Shown: positions 9,433 to 20,204, counted from the stretch's first letter. The stretch: DNA of 64,000 bases from Dehalococcoidia bacterium (GCA_965207225.1 CBDBLV010000005.1:128001-192000); one strand, 5' to 3'. Made by a program: numbers and translations. Notes: generated by a model from the letters alone, not told the origin.

Positions 9433-10370
9433 GGATGGACGCCGGACGGGACCGGGTGCGGTTCCCGGCGGGATGAGCCGCCCAGGCGGCTGGAGCTTCG
9501 ATGTCAGCGCCAACTCGTTTACCTCCCTGCGATTTGCCGCGAACCGTTGGATCGCAGCGCCTGCAAGAGAGTGTGAACAATGGACATGCGATTCGGAACC
9601 TCCCACGGGCAGGTGCGGAAATGCACCTGTCCGTATGCAGGTGCGAACATGCACCGCCTCCCGAGGGCTTGCGAAGCCTAGGACACCTCCCGCCGCAGGA
9701 AGGGCGAATGGACATGCGGGTCAGGATGCGCAGCGTCTCTCGCCGCTTTACGGTGTGCGCCGCCGTCGATCCATTCGAGGACGTGGCGACCCTCTTTGAT
9801 GGCTTCCTTCTATCGGCCCCTCTCATCCCGCTCCTCCGTGTCGGTCTCCGGCGGGATTGCAGACTGGCCTCGCCGCCGCTGACACCGGACTTCCGGCGTG
9901 CTTTAAGCCAGTCTGCGGGCCTGAAAGAGCGAGCGGTATCACTCGGAGGGGAGTACATCGGTGTAACGGGCGGCAGCCCGCTGATGCGTCAGCGCATGAG
10001 CGTGAGATTGGCAGAGGTGATGTCAGGGGGCAGTACAGGGAAACGAACCCGTGTACATGTTGTACATCTGGGCGGTTTTCAAAGCTGACGCGGAGCGAAT
10101 CCAACAGGTTAAGGACGACAGCGGCGAACACTTTTTGTCAGGGGCCGGTTGCGACGGGGTGGTTCATGCACCCTAGCTGAAGCTGTACATGTTGTACACA
10201 GGGAAGGTAGGGACGCCGGTACATCAGCGGTACATCTTGGGCCAAGAGGTGAGACAGACGATGGATGAGAGGCCCTATCGTCGAAGATGGAGGCGATGCC
10301 GGAGCATTGAAGCCATTTCTGTGTATGTCATATAATGCCGATAGTGCAACTCTCTTGAAGGGGGAACATC

Positions 10371-10673
10371 ATGGAAGTCAAGAAGAAGAGGCTCACGCTG
10401 GACTTGGAGGCAACGTTCCAGCGCAGACTGAAGGTGGTTGCCGCCCTGAAGGGAGTGACCATGCGCCAGTACTGCTTTACCGCTATAGACAGGGAACTGG
10501 CGCAGGACGAGGCGCTGGGCATCGCCGGTCCTGTGTCCGGTTGGTCTGACGCCGAGCGGTTCGAGGAACTCCAGAAGAAGTACTTCGGGGACAGGGTGCT
10601 CCCCGGCAACGGAGCCGACTTCATTCGGGAAGCGCGGGAGGCCAGGGATGCCCGGATGGAGGGACTAGGGTGA
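10371..10673 (+). CDS. Antitoxin (RHH-like) of PIN TA pair 1
   Basis: KRLTLDL...RRLKVVAALKGVTMRQY RHH pattern; overlaps the downstream PIN gene by 4 nt. Confidence 0.75.
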   Translation: MEVKKKRLTLDLEATFQRRLKVVAALKGVTMRQYCFTAIDRELAQDEALGIAGPVSGWSDAERFEELQKKYFGDRVLPGNGADFIREAREARDARMEGLG

Positions 10674-11113
10674 GCACATTCGTGGTCGTGGACGCCAGCC
10701 TTGCCTTCAAGTGGCTGGTACGAGAAGAGCACACCGACAAGGCTCTGGCGATGCTTCGGGCCTGGCAACACGAGGAGATTAGACCGGCCGCTCCCCACCT
10801 GCTGCCCTTCGAGGTGGCGAACGCCCTTCACAAGCGGGTGAACCGGGGCGAGTTGAGCGTCGAGGGGGCGGTTGACCTAATCGGAAACCTGCTCACCTCC
10901 CAGGTCGAGTTGCATCAGCCGTGGAATCTCCACGGAAGGGCGTTGGAGATGGCAAGCAGATATGGTCAGGCCGCCGCCTACGACGCTCACTACCTGGCGC
11001 TCGCGGAGAGTCTTGGCTGCGACTTGTGGACCGCCGACGAGAGGTTCCGTCAATCCGTCGAGGACGCCGACGGGCGCGTACATTGGATTGGAGAGTTCGT
11101 TGTCCCAGAGTAG
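10670..11113 (+). CDS. vapC: VapC/PIN-domain toxin
   Basis: VVDASLAFKW, EVANAL, YDAHYLALA and WTAD PIN motifs. Confidence 0.9.
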   Translation: MSTFVVVDASLAFKWLVREEHTDKALAMLRAWQHEEIRPAAPHLLPFEVANALHKRVNRGELSVEGAVDLIGNLLTSQVELHQPWNLHGRALEMASRYGQAAAYDAHYLALAESLGCDLWTADERFRQSVEDADGRVHWIGEFVVPE

Positions 11114-11167
11114 CCGAATGGGAGTTGCCGTCCTTCTGCCTAGTCCTTCGGTAGGGCGCAGACACAA

Positions 11168-12484
11168 ATGAGATTCGTCGACCTATTTGCGGGTCTTGGA
11201 GGATTCCGTATCGCGCTTGAGCGACTCGGACATGAGTGCGTCTTTGCCTCTGAGATAGACAGTCAGCTTCAGGAGGTATACAACCGCAACTTCTCCGTAG
11301 GCCCTGCCATCCAAGGAGACATTCGACGCTTCAAGAGCCATGTGCCAACTCATGACATCCTGTGCGCCGGGTTTCCTTGTCAACCGTTTTCCAAATCAGG
11401 TACTCAAGCCGGACTGAAGGACAAGACTTCTGGGACGCTATTCCATGAGATTCTAGAGATACTCCGAACCCAGAACCCTACGTATGTGATCCTAGAGAAT
11501 GTTGGTAATTTTGAGCGCCATGACGACGGGCGAACATGGCGCATTGTCAAGACCAGCTTGGAGGGTCTTGGCTATGAGGTCAGGGGAACAGAGCACATGG
11601 CCAGTGGGGGTCAAGGACTACTTTCCCCACACCATCTTGGCTTTCCTCATCACCGAGAGCGCTTCTTTGCAGTCGCCTCCCTTGAGGGCCTTCCAAAGGA
11701 GGTCTTCCCTCCAAGAAACCGAGATGCGCTGACCTCAATATCCGATATCGTTCAACATAGAGACGAGATGTCCGAGTCCGAATATAACGAAACACTGATC
11801 GCAGACCAGCACCGCCGCTGCATAGATCACTGGAACACCTTCCTTGATGCATTATCAGAAGAGAAGGTTGACATGCCCTCGTTTCCTATATGGGGAGACG
11901 AGGTTGATGCGGTCTATCCCTATGAGGAGACTACACCCTGGGCTCAACTGAATGGGAAGGCTTCAGCTAGGAAAGCCTTCAATACTCTGCCGAGCTACGC
12001 ACGGAGAGAGGTCACAGCGTTTCCAGATTGGAAAGTGCGGTTCATCAGGTCAAACCGTGATTGGTTCTCATTGATTCGCGATGACCTTTCGCAAGAGTGG
12101 CTCAATAGCCTTCGCGAGTTCCCTCCGTCTCTGCGAAAGCTCGAGTGGAACTGCCAAGGTGAAGACAGGGACCTCTGGCAGCACATCTTGCAGTTCAGGC
12201 CCTCCGGGCTACGTGTCAAGAGGTACGAAAACAGCCCGTCGCTAGTCGCCATGACAAGCACACAGATTCCCATCCTCGGCCCTGAGCGACGACACTTATC
12301 CAGAGTTGAGGGGCTCAGGCTACAGGGCTTTCAGGACGATTTCTGTGTTCCGGAGTCTAGGACGGAGATATTCAAGGCACTTGGGAACGCGGTGCACGTG
12401 GATGTTGTATACGAGATTGCCAAGAGACTCCTGCGCGTCGGAGAGGACAGCGTGCGAGGTGCTGTAGCTGTAGGTGCGATCTAG
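11168..12484 (+). CDS. dcm: DNA (cytosine-5)-methyltransferase
   Basis: DLFAGLGG (motif I), GFPCQPFS (IV), ENV (VI), RER (VIII), RLQGF and GNAV (IX/X). Confidence 0.95.
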   Translation: MRFVDLFAGLGGFRIALERLGHECVFASEIDSQLQEVYNRNFSVGPAIQGDIRRFKSHVPTHDILCAGFPCQPFSKSGTQAGLKDKTSGTLFHEILEILRTQNPTYVILENVGNFERHDDGRTWRIVKTSLEGLGYEVRGTEHMASGGQGLLSPHHLGFPHHRERFFAVASLEGLPKEVFPPRNRDALTSISDIVQHRDEMSESEYNETLIADQHRRCIDHWNTFLDALSEEKVDMPSFPIWGDEVDAVYPYEETTPWAQLNGKASARKAFNTLPSYARREVTAFPDWKVRFIRSNRDWFSLIRDDLSQEWLNSLREFPPSLRKLEWNCQGEDRDLWQHILQFRPSGLRVKRYENSPSLVAMTSTQIPILGPERRHLSRVEGLRLQGFQDDFCVPESRTEIFKALGNAVHVDVVYEIAKRLLRVGEDSVRGAVAVGAI

Positions 12485-12497
12485 AGGAGGTCGGATA

Positions 12498-14066
12498 GTG
12501 GCTTCTGAGAGTCAGATAACGATAGATATTCGGCCAGCTGTTAGTGTCTACGCGACCTACAGGCGACTGAGCTACAAGCCGTGGTACGCCATCGCTGAGT
12601 TTGTAGACAACTCCACTCAGAGCTACTACGACCATAGAGCCGAACTGATTGGGACATACAAACTCGATGGAGGCCCCGGCAACTTGCGTGTCGAGGTGGC
12701 CTATGACAGCGAGAGAAACGCGCTCACCATCGTGGACAATGCGCATGGCATGGAGATGGAGGAACTCACCAGAGCTGTTGTACTTGACAGACCACCTCCA
12801 GACCCTACAGGGCGCTGTGAGTACGGAATGGGTCTAAAGACGGCGGCCTGCTGGTTCGGTACGACGTGGACGATCCGGACTACCAAACTTGGCTCCGAAA
12901 ACGAGTACACGGCTCGTGTACATGTACCGGAGCTTGTAGACAGTAATCTGGAGAGTATTGCAGTCGAGGTGGGTGCCGCCAAGCCTAACGCTCACTACAC
13001 GTCTATCACGATAGAGGGACTCTATAAGCCAATTCGGGGAAGAACGCAGGGCCGCGTGAAAGACCAGCTTGGCAGCATGTACCGAGAGGACCTCCGTTCG
13101 GGAGAGATCGAGATCCTGTGGAATGGCGAGCCCATCTCATACGATGAGCCTAGTTTCCTTGACGAGGACTTGGGCAACGGCGTCAACAACGTGTGGAGGA
13201 AGAACTTCACCATCAATGTGCCGTGGGACTCTGAAGGGAGTACACTCTACGCCACAGGGTGGGTCGGAGTGAGGACGCCGGGGAGCCAGCGAGATGCCGG
13301 GTTTGCCCTACTCAGGCGTGGTCGGGTCATCGTGGGCGGGCCGGGAGAAGGCTACAAACCGGCCGCGATATTCGGCCAAGGCAATACATTTCGCTCTCAG
13401 CGCCTCGTTGGTGAGATCACGATGGATGCTTGGCCAGTCACCCAAGCCAAGGACGCCTTTGACTGGTCCGGCGGCTTAGAGGATGACTTCATTGAGCAGC
13501 TAAAGCGGGTATGCCAAGACTACATGGACAAGGCTGAGGGCTATAGAGAGCGGGGCAAGCCTATCACGCAACCCGTCATGGAGGTCATATCCGAGCCGCT
13601 CAGAAGGGTCTTCTCTGACCAGAGGTTCGGCTACACTGTGCATGAAGAGATCAGGCTGCCTGACCCACCAAAGACCGAGGAGGCGGATCGGACCGACACC
13701 GATATGATACGGGCTGCTAGCAGCGGTCCCGTATCATATCGCCTTGAGGTCGGGGCAGAGGTCTGGCTCTTTAGACTCCACTGGCAAGACCAACTCAGTG
13801 ACGCCCATTGGATGCAGGTGAGTGTTCCCCGCGAGAACGAGATAGACGTCTTTCTCAACACTGCCCATCCCTTTCTCGCACCCTATCTAGACAACAGAGA
13901 TTCTCTTGCCTTACTTCAGAAGTTCGTGTTATCCCTGGCGCTGGCCGAGCGGATGGCCCTTCAAATCTCTTCTAATGGCCTCGTGAGTCCGAGTGACTTC
14001 CGCATGTATATGAACAAGGTGCTGAGGCGGGCTGGAGAGATCGAGGTCGAGTATGGTCGAGTCTAG
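12498..14066 (+). CDS. MORC-like GHKL ATPase (HATPase_c_3)
   Basis: AEFVDNS, DNAHGM and YGMGLKTA GHKL motifs; GTG start after GAGGAGG. Confidence 0.88.
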   Translation: MASESQITIDIRPAVSVYATYRRLSYKPWYAIAEFVDNSTQSYYDHRAELIGTYKLDGGPGNLRVEVAYDSERNALTIVDNAHGMEMEELTRAVVLDRPPPDPTGRCEYGMGLKTAACWFGTTWTIRTTKLGSENEYTARVHVPELVDSNLESIAVEVGAAKPNAHYTSITIEGLYKPIRGRTQGRVKDQLGSMYREDLRSGEIEILWNGEPISYDEPSFLDEDLGNGVNNVWRKNFTINVPWDSEGSTLYATGWVGVRTPGSQRDAGFALLRRGRVIVGGPGEGYKPAAIFGQGNTFRSQRLVGEITMDAWPVTQAKDAFDWSGGLEDDFIEQLKRVCQDYMDKAEGYRERGKPITQPVMEVISEPLRRVFSDQRFGYTVHEEIRLPDPPKTEEADRTDTDMIRAASSGPVSYRLEVGAEVWLFRLHWQDQLSDAHWMQVSVPRENEIDVFLNTAHPFLAPYLDNRDSLALLQKFVLSLALAERMALQISSNGLVSPSDFRMYMNKVLRRAGEIEVEYGRV

Positions 14067-16203
14067 TCAGCCTTTCGGTATTGATCCTCTGTCGTCTGCG
14101 TTGGAATTGTGGGGGCCGTCCATCGATGGTGAGGAGATACGACGCCTCAGGAGCCGATACCAAGAGCGTGTGAGTGACGATGAGTGGGATGACATTGTAC
14201 AGACAGCCGCGTCGATTCTGGGGCGATGTCCGATTCCAACCGATAACGACCGGAGAGTCACTGGACTTGCCCTCGGCAAGGTCCAGAGCGGTAAGACCCT
14301 CTCCTACACTTCGCTTATCGCCCTAGGCATAGACAATGGCTACAGAGTGACAGTGGTGCTAGCCGGCACGAAGAACCCGCTGCTGGAGCAGAACTTCACA
14401 CGGCTGTACAACGACCTGGAAGTTAACCGACCGAACCTAACCCCATTCAGGAATCCAGTTCCTCAAGATGCTGAGGTCATTAGAAGCGTGCTCCACAGCG
14501 GTGGTCATGCCCTAATTGTAGTGCTGAAGAACCGCAAGCGGCTCGAAGACGCCCGGCGTGTCCTGGCTACCCCAGAAGTCAGAGGTTTTCCAACACTCGT
14601 CATTGATGACGAAGGAGACGAAGCATCCCTCAACACCCAGTTCCGCCGCGGGAGACGGTCTGCGATTTATGAAAGCATCCTTCGGCTAAGGCATGCGCTC
14701 CGAGTCCATGCCTATGTGGCATACACCGCAACTCCCCAGGCGAACCTTCTCATATCGGGAATTGATGGTCTATCGCCTGACTTCGGCGTCCTAGTCGAGC
14801 CGGGACAGGGATACTGTGGCGGGGCGACCTTCTTCGGCTCAGATCGCGATCGATATGTGAGAGCCGTGCCTTTGGCGGAGTCCGAGGAGGAACGGGTCTG
14901 GGGAATACCAAGTGGCCTTAGGGAGGCCATCGCAACCTTCCTTGTCGGGGGTGCTATCCGACACTTGCGCCAGTCCAATGCATGGCACTCGATGCTTATC
15001 CACAACAGCAACCTCCGTGCCGACCATGAGAGACTTCAGATAGCAATCCGAAATCTGGTTGAGCTTTGGCGCGAAAGCCTTGGCCTGCTGGATGATGATC
15101 CTGCCACGCATGAGTTGATGGCACTAATGCGGGCGGCCTACGATGACTTGTGCTCCACAGTGCATCATCCCCCAACTTGGGAAGAGGTCCGTCAGCAATT
15201 GCGTGATGAGATCTGGCTCGTCGAGGTGTGGATGGTCAACAGCTTGCCGTTAGGCCGAGACCCAATCGGGACACCGTTCAGGCTAAAGAACAATATCCTC
15301 GTCGGTGGCAACATGCTTGGACGAGGAGTAACAATCGAGGGTCTGGCGGTGACCTACATAACTCGCCGTGCAAGGAACGAGACGAACGCCGACACCATGG
15401 AGCAGCGTGCGCGGTGGTTTGGTTACAAGAGAGACTATCTTGATGTATGCCGTATATTCGTAACGGCGCAGCTTCGAGACGACTACACCGAGCTCCTGAG
15501 ACATGAGGACGACTTTTGGGAAGCTCTCCGCCGTAACCAACGACAGCGATTGTCTATCCGTGAGTGGCCTCGTATGCTTTCGCTGGATATGAACATGGGT
15601 CTCAAGCCGACCAGATCGAACGTAGCGAGCTATCGTCGGTTCAGAAGCGGCGGCTGGGATATACAGAACCGCCCAGTAGAAGATCAGACAGTTGCCGAGC
15701 GTAACCTTCGGAGTGTTAGGGCGTTCTTTGCCCAGCGCGAGGGGGCTACCGTCAAGCGGTTTGGAAACGTTGAGCACCTTGTCGTCAATGACTGTCCGAC
15801 TGAGGAGGCCATATCACAACTGCTAGCCAACATCGAAGCAGACGGGACCGACTGGGACTCATCCTATACGAGTGAGTACTTGGCACGCCTGCTTCTAGCT
15901 GGGGTGCTTCCTTCTCTCGACGTTGTGTTCATGTCGAGCGGTCAGACCCGAATTCGGACAAAGCGACAGGGGAGAATCAATCCCATGCAGGGTCGTACGC
16001 CAGGTCGGGACCCATCTGATCCAGCCTACTACCCAGGGGACGAGAATATTCACGAGGGGCGGGTACAACTTCAGACACACATGATTAGAGTTCTTGGGGA
16101 TGGATCAGATCACCCCGTCGAGACCACCGCTCTAGCCCTCTTTGTACTGAGTGACGATCCGCATTTTGACCTCCGATATGTTGTCCGGGATGACGGTCCA
16201 TGA
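14053..16203 (+). CDS. Z1-domain protein (SF2 helicase-like N-terminus plus Z1)
   Basis: GKVQSGKT, IDDEGD, YTATPQAN, HSMLIH, GGNMLGRGVTIEGL and DTMEQRARWFGY motifs. Confidence 0.9.
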   Translation: MVESSQPFGIDPLSSALELWGPSIDGEEIRRLRSRYQERVSDDEWDDIVQTAASILGRCPIPTDNDRRVTGLALGKVQSGKTLSYTSLIALGIDNGYRVTVVLAGTKNPLLEQNFTRLYNDLEVNRPNLTPFRNPVPQDAEVIRSVLHSGGHALIVVLKNRKRLEDARRVLATPEVRGFPTLVIDDEGDEASLNTQFRRGRRSAIYESILRLRHALRVHAYVAYTATPQANLLISGIDGLSPDFGVLVEPGQGYCGGATFFGSDRDRYVRAVPLAESEEERVWGIPSGLREAIATFLVGGAIRHLRQSNAWHSMLIHNSNLRADHERLQIAIRNLVELWRESLGLLDDDPATHELMALMRAAYDDLCSTVHHPPTWEEVRQQLRDEIWLVEVWMVNSLPLGRDPIGTPFRLKNNILVGGNMLGRGVTIEGLAVTYITRRARNETNADTMEQRARWFGYKRDYLDVCRIFVTAQLRDDYTELLRHEDDFWEALRRNQRQRLSIREWPRMLSLDMNMGLKPTRSNVASYRRFRSGGWDIQNRPVEDQTVAERNLRSVRAFFAQREGATVKRFGNVEHLVVNDCPTEEAISQLLANIEADGTDWDSSYTSEYLARLLLAGVLPSLDVVFMSSGQTRIRTKRQGRINPMQGRTPGRDPSDPAYYPGDENIHEGRVQLQTHMIRVLGDGSDHPVETTALALFVLSDDPHFDLRYVVRDDGP

Positions 16204-17195
16204 GCCTCACCGCGCTTTTTTCGGAGTTGAAGGACAGGCCGTCCGGCCATGCCTTTACTGTAGCTACAGTACCAGGACATCAGGATGCCCTCCTTGGGGT
16301 CGATACATCGGGGCACCCAGTTCTCTTTATGTCGGCTGAATCAGGTGATGTCGAGCCTCCGCTACGCACAGACAAAGTCTCGCTTCATATTGGGCAAAGC
16401 TACAGCTTGGCGGGTATTGATGACTCCCGCAGCATTGAGTTGCTGCACGCTCTGCGCTGTGAGACTTCTGCGGCGCCAGATGTGGAGACCTTTCTACTAC
16501 TTGCAGAAGCCTTCCTAACGCGCCAGGAGGCTGGCGGGTCGCCCCGACAGTCTTTGACGTCGTTCTTTCGATCTATTGTCCGACTATTCGCAGTTACGCC
16601 AGCCAAAGACCTCCAGGCAGAGCGACGCGGCCTGTGGGGTGAGTTATTCATGATGAGCCATGTGCGAGGATTTCTGTTCTGGGCACCCTTCTGGCATAGC
16701 GAAGTCACGCGACGCTTCGACTTTTCTTGCGGGCGCAATCGCGTCGAAGTGAAGGTCACGACACGACCAGAGCGCACGCATCATTTCTCCCATAGGCAGA
16801 TATATGCCACCGAAGGCGAAGAGATCGTTGTCGCATCCATACTCGCGACTGAGGACGACTCTGGCCTTAGCTTGAGGCAACTCATTGAAGCATGTAGGAG
16901 TGCTCTACTCGGAACGCCGAATTATCTGAAGCTGGAGAAAGCAGTACGTCGGGCCGGCATGGAGTCCGCAACAGAACTCGGTCCGGTAATGGCCGCCGCT
17001 GAAGCGGGGGGAAGTCTTGCGTGGTTCCGTTCGTGGGCCGTCCCCCATTTTCTGGTGCCGGAGCCCCCAGGCGTCACGGAGACCCGCTATAGGGTGAACC
17101 TATCTACAGCGCCACGGATTACGACGGTGGAGCTTGATGAGTGGCTGTGTCTGTGGTCGCCAGAGCTATTGCCCATGGCAGTGAGCAATTCATAG
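16200..17195 (+). CDS. PD-(D/E)XK motif protein (DUF4420-like)
   Basis: RGLWGEL..W..FDF..VEVKVT..H.FS..Q; typical position after a Z1 gene. Confidence 0.85.
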   Translation: MSLTALFSELKDRPSGHAFTVATVPGHQDALLGVDTSGHPVLFMSAESGDVEPPLRTDKVSLHIGQSYSLAGIDDSRSIELLHALRCETSAAPDVETFLLLAEAFLTRQEAGGSPRQSLTSFFRSIVRLFAVTPAKDLQAERRGLWGELFMMSHVRGFLFWAPFWHSEVTRRFDFSCGRNRVEVKVTTRPERTHHFSHRQIYATEGEEIVVASILATEDDSGLSLRQLIEACRSALLGTPNYLKLEKAVRRAGMESATELGPVMAAAEAGGSLAWFRSWAVPHFLVPEPPGVTETRYRVNLSTAPRITTVELDEWLCLWSPELLPMAVSNS

Positions 17196-17270
17196 TCCCA
17201 TCTACAACTCAAAGATAGTTCTGCCTATCGTCAACTGAGGCCGGGCAAAATGAGTGTCTAGACACACTCG

Positions 17271-17376
17271 TCACAGCCTGACCTCCCATCGGAAAGTTCG
17301 CAGTACGGTATGCCCCGGCCCACCAGACTTGATAAAATCAAGAACCTTTAGCTTGAGGCTCAGGTTGGCACTATAG
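17271..17376. other. att junction 2 (A/B boundary) carrying both excised-state integrase tails
   Basis: Core GCCCACCAG 17318-17326; A arm 17295-17308; B arm GACTTGATAAAATCAAGAACC 17326-17346 is the inverted repeat of 37891-37911 (19/21). Confidence 0.9.
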
Positions 17377-17481
17377 CGTGCCCTAAGTGGCAAGTCTGCT
17401 GACCTGTACCCAATTGTAGTGCGAACGAGTTCCAATGAAATGACTCGGCAATCCAAAGGGTAGGCTAAGAGGCACTAGGCC

Positions 17482-18207
17482 ATGTCACTGAGAGTGCTCA
17501 CATGGAACGTCGAGTGGGCCACACCCAGCTCACGACGAACTCCGGAAATCTTGAGGCGTATTAGCCGACGTGGCCCGGAAGTCATCTGTCTCACTGAGAC
17601 GCATGTCCGGCTGCTGCCTCAAGATGGGCACACCATCTGCTCTCAGCCAGACTACGGATACACGATCAAGGAGGACCGCCGAAAGGTTATACTCTGGTCG
17701 AGGGAGCCTTGGGATCGGGTTGATTACGTAGGAATCAATTCAATGCCTCCCGGACGCTTCGTGTCCGGCGTCACGAAGACATCTCTGGGTCCGGTCACAG
17801 TCATTGGAATCTGTATCCCATGGTTCGGGTCGCGGACGGAGGCCAGACGGAAGTTGGAACGGAAGATGCGATGGGAAGACCATGAGCAGTTTCTGGTTGA
17901 CCTGACCAAGGTTCTCGCATGTGGTCCTGCGAATCGGCTGATAGTGATCGGGGACTTTAATCAGATTGTCGGGCCTGGCAGCCGCGCACGCCCTGAACTT
18001 CAATTGGAACTTCAGAGGGCCTTCCCATCAAACATGACAATCGTTACCTCGGCACTTGCCCTCAATGGACGCAAGAGCATAGACCACATCGCTCTGAGTG
18101 AGGACTTGGCAGTTGAATCGCTGGACGTAATCAGCAACCTCCACGACGGGCGGGAACTTTCAGACCACTTCGGAGTCATTGCCGACCTGTCTCTCAGAGC
18201 CAGTTGA
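17482..18207 (+). CDS. Endonuclease/exonuclease/phosphatase (EEP) family protein
   Basis: LTWNVE, ICLTET, IGDFN, IDHI and SDHFGV motifs. Confidence 0.9.
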   Translation: MSLRVLTWNVEWATPSSRRTPEILRRISRRGPEVICLTETHVRLLPQDGHTICSQPDYGYTIKEDRRKVILWSREPWDRVDYVGINSMPPGRFVSGVTKTSLGPVTVIGICIPWFGSRTEARRKLERKMRWEDHEQFLVDLTKVLACGPANRLIVIGDFNQIVGPGSRARPELQLELQRAFPSNMTIVTSALALNGRKSIDHIALSEDLAVESLDVISNLHDGRELSDHFGVIADLSLRAS

Positions 18208-18228
18208 AAAATCTAGTAGCTTAGTTTC

Positions 18229-19836
18229 ATGGAACAAGTGCTCATCGACAGCATCGAATCATACGAGCGAACTCAGCGCGGGCTTAGTCACCTTCTGAGC
18301 AAGAGGGGCTCTGAGAGAACGGCAGTAGCTCTTGCCGAAGCTCTGGTACCGGGTCAAGGTCAAGAGCCAAATGTCAGACACTTGCGCGCATGCGTTTACA
18401 CTGACGCGGGCATTACGCTCAAGGACCCTGCTTTAGTGCAAGAAGGAGTCCGAATATGGGGTGAAATGGAACCTCATAGCTCAGTGACGATCTCATATAA
18501 CCTAGCCAGCGCTCATCTGCATCTCTGGCAACTTGCTGTCGAGCAATCAGGTCTGGGTGATGCTTGGCTAGACAAGCGCAGCCACCTCCGCAAGGCTCGC
18601 AGATTATTCAGTCTAGTGGCGCAATGCAAAGATGCGGACACCGAGTTGCGCCTTAAGGCCCTTACTGATTGCGGCAACTCCTTTGATAACATTGGACGGT
18701 ATCTCGACGCTCTCGACTGCTACGACCAGGCGCTCAATCTGGATTCATCGTTTGGGATGGCATCGGGCAACCGGGGAATTACACTTCTCAATGTCGCACC
18801 ACTCATGGGAGGCCATGAATCCCACGTGCTGCTACAAGCTGCCTCTGACCTGGATGTCGCCATCAGCGATCAAGATCGAGTATTGCGCTGCGGTGGGCAA
18901 TCAGCGCTCGAGACTTTCAAGCGACGACGTGCTGGATTATCAGTCCAGGAGGACTTACATCACAACTCCACTGATGCTTCCCCTCAGCTTGGAGACTCGC
19001 ATCTCGACTGGTGCCTACGCAATCAACTCTTCCTACACATTTCGCCGGATTGCATCAGGGCCGAGACTGAAACCCTCGATACCCTCACCTTCGGAAACTT
19101 CAGCTTGAGTCTTGCTGAAGATTCGGTGCTGAACCGCGCGAATGAAATCGTTGATGGCTTCAATGCCATAAAACAAGACTATGTCGCCGCTCGGTATCTT
19201 GTTTGGCTCGCCACAGCTGAGGACAGTTCGATTCGGGGACAAGCCGAACCGATCACGAGACGGACGTCGTTCTGGGATACATCTAGCTACGCTGACTGGG
19301 GCGTGAAACCAGGTATTGGCGTGCAAGCACTTAAGGTTGCCATCGACACTTTAGATACGGTTGCAGCGTTCGTACACCTCTACTTTCGTACTGGACGCAA
19401 GGCCCGCAATGTTGATTTTCGCACCCTTCCTTATACCAATAGATCGAAGAAGGAGCTCGCGGCATCACTCTCGGAGGCACTGAAGCAAACGGAGCACAAC
19501 AGAGGATTGGCGTCACTGTTTGACATTAGCGATGAGGTGGAAGAAAACTCGCTCTTGGGATTACTCTTCGAGCATCGCCATGCTGCCACGCATCGCTTTT
19601 TCTCTGTTCATAACGAGAAGGCCCCTGAGTCGTCCGATTGGATCGAACGACTTAGTTGGCATGAACTAACCAAAGAGTCGCTTGACTCGCTCCGAATCGT
19701 ACGAGGCGCGATCATGTATCTGGCCCAGATGATCCACATTCATGAGAAGACGACAGAAATGCGGGATTCACCGGGCTCAATGATCATGCCATTGCCTTTC
19801 GAGCGAACCGATGCTGACCTCATGGAGCCCGGGTAG
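18229..19836 (+). CDS. TPR plus HEPN protein (LA2681-like)
   Basis: TPR segment GNSFDNIGRYLDALDCYDQAL..GNRG; WCLRNQLFL; FNAIKQDYVAARYL; C-terminal RHAATH (RxxxxH). Confidence 0.75.
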   Translation: MEQVLIDSIESYERTQRGLSHLLSKRGSERTAVALAEALVPGQGQEPNVRHLRACVYTDAGITLKDPALVQEGVRIWGEMEPHSSVTISYNLASAHLHLWQLAVEQSGLGDAWLDKRSHLRKARRLFSLVAQCKDADTELRLKALTDCGNSFDNIGRYLDALDCYDQALNLDSSFGMASGNRGITLLNVAPLMGGHESHVLLQAASDLDVAISDQDRVLRCGGQSALETFKRRRAGLSVQEDLHHNSTDASPQLGDSHLDWCLRNQLFLHISPDCIRAETETLDTLTFGNFSLSLAEDSVLNRANEIVDGFNAIKQDYVAARYLVWLATAEDSSIRGQAEPITRRTSFWDTSSYADWGVKPGIGVQALKVAIDTLDTVAAFVHLYFRTGRKARNVDFRTLPYTNRSKKELAASLSEALKQTEHNRGLASLFDISDEVEENSLLGLLFEHRHAATHRFFSVHNEKAPESSDWIERLSWHELTKESLDSLRIVRGAIMYLAQMIHIHEKTTEMRDSPGSMIMPLPFERTDADLMEPG

Positions 19837-19952
19837 CCGCTAGCTGCTGACACTTGCTCACGTAAACGGGACAAGAGCCCGCCGTGATTGACTTCAGCCC
19901 CGGTGTGACGGATAATGTCTTCCGTACGCATAACACCGCACAGAGGGTCAGT

Positions 19953-20204
19953 ATGACGAATCGTTTGGACGTCCGGCTGGACGTTGAACATCGACGGCGG
20001 CTTGAGGAGTTGGCCGAAGAGAAGGGAGCGGCCATCTCCGACGTTGTGCGAAGTCTCATTGACGGGGCCTACGAAGATATTATGCGCATGCGCCGCAAGG
20101 GGGCCATTGAACGGCTGATTGCATTGAATGTAGAAGTCCCGCCGGACCCGGCAACTCTCTCACGCGAGTTGGAGGTCGCCCATGAGCCCGGCGGTCTTCC
20201 TTGA
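19953..20204 (+). CDS. RHH antitoxin of PIN TA pair 2
   Basis: RLDVRLD..RRLEELAEEKGAAISDVVRSLI; overlaps the PIN gene. Confidence 0.8.
   Translation: MTNRLDVRLDVEHRRRLEELAEEKGAAISDVVRSLIDGAYEDIMRMRRKGAIERLIALNVEVPPDPATLSRELEVAHEPGGLP

Larger units (their letters stand above)
2500..17320. mobile_element. Integrative element A (~14.8 kb)
   Basis: Bounded by att cores at 2497 and 17318 with matching attP arms; carries an integrase, a Replic_Relax-like gene, a TA pair and a Dcm-MORC-Z1 cassette. Confidence 0.88.

Noticed and set aside
17271-17456. 61-aa minus-strand ORF as an independent gene
   Set aside because: Its last 17 codons are the excised-state tail of integrase A; the rest crosses the att junction by chance.
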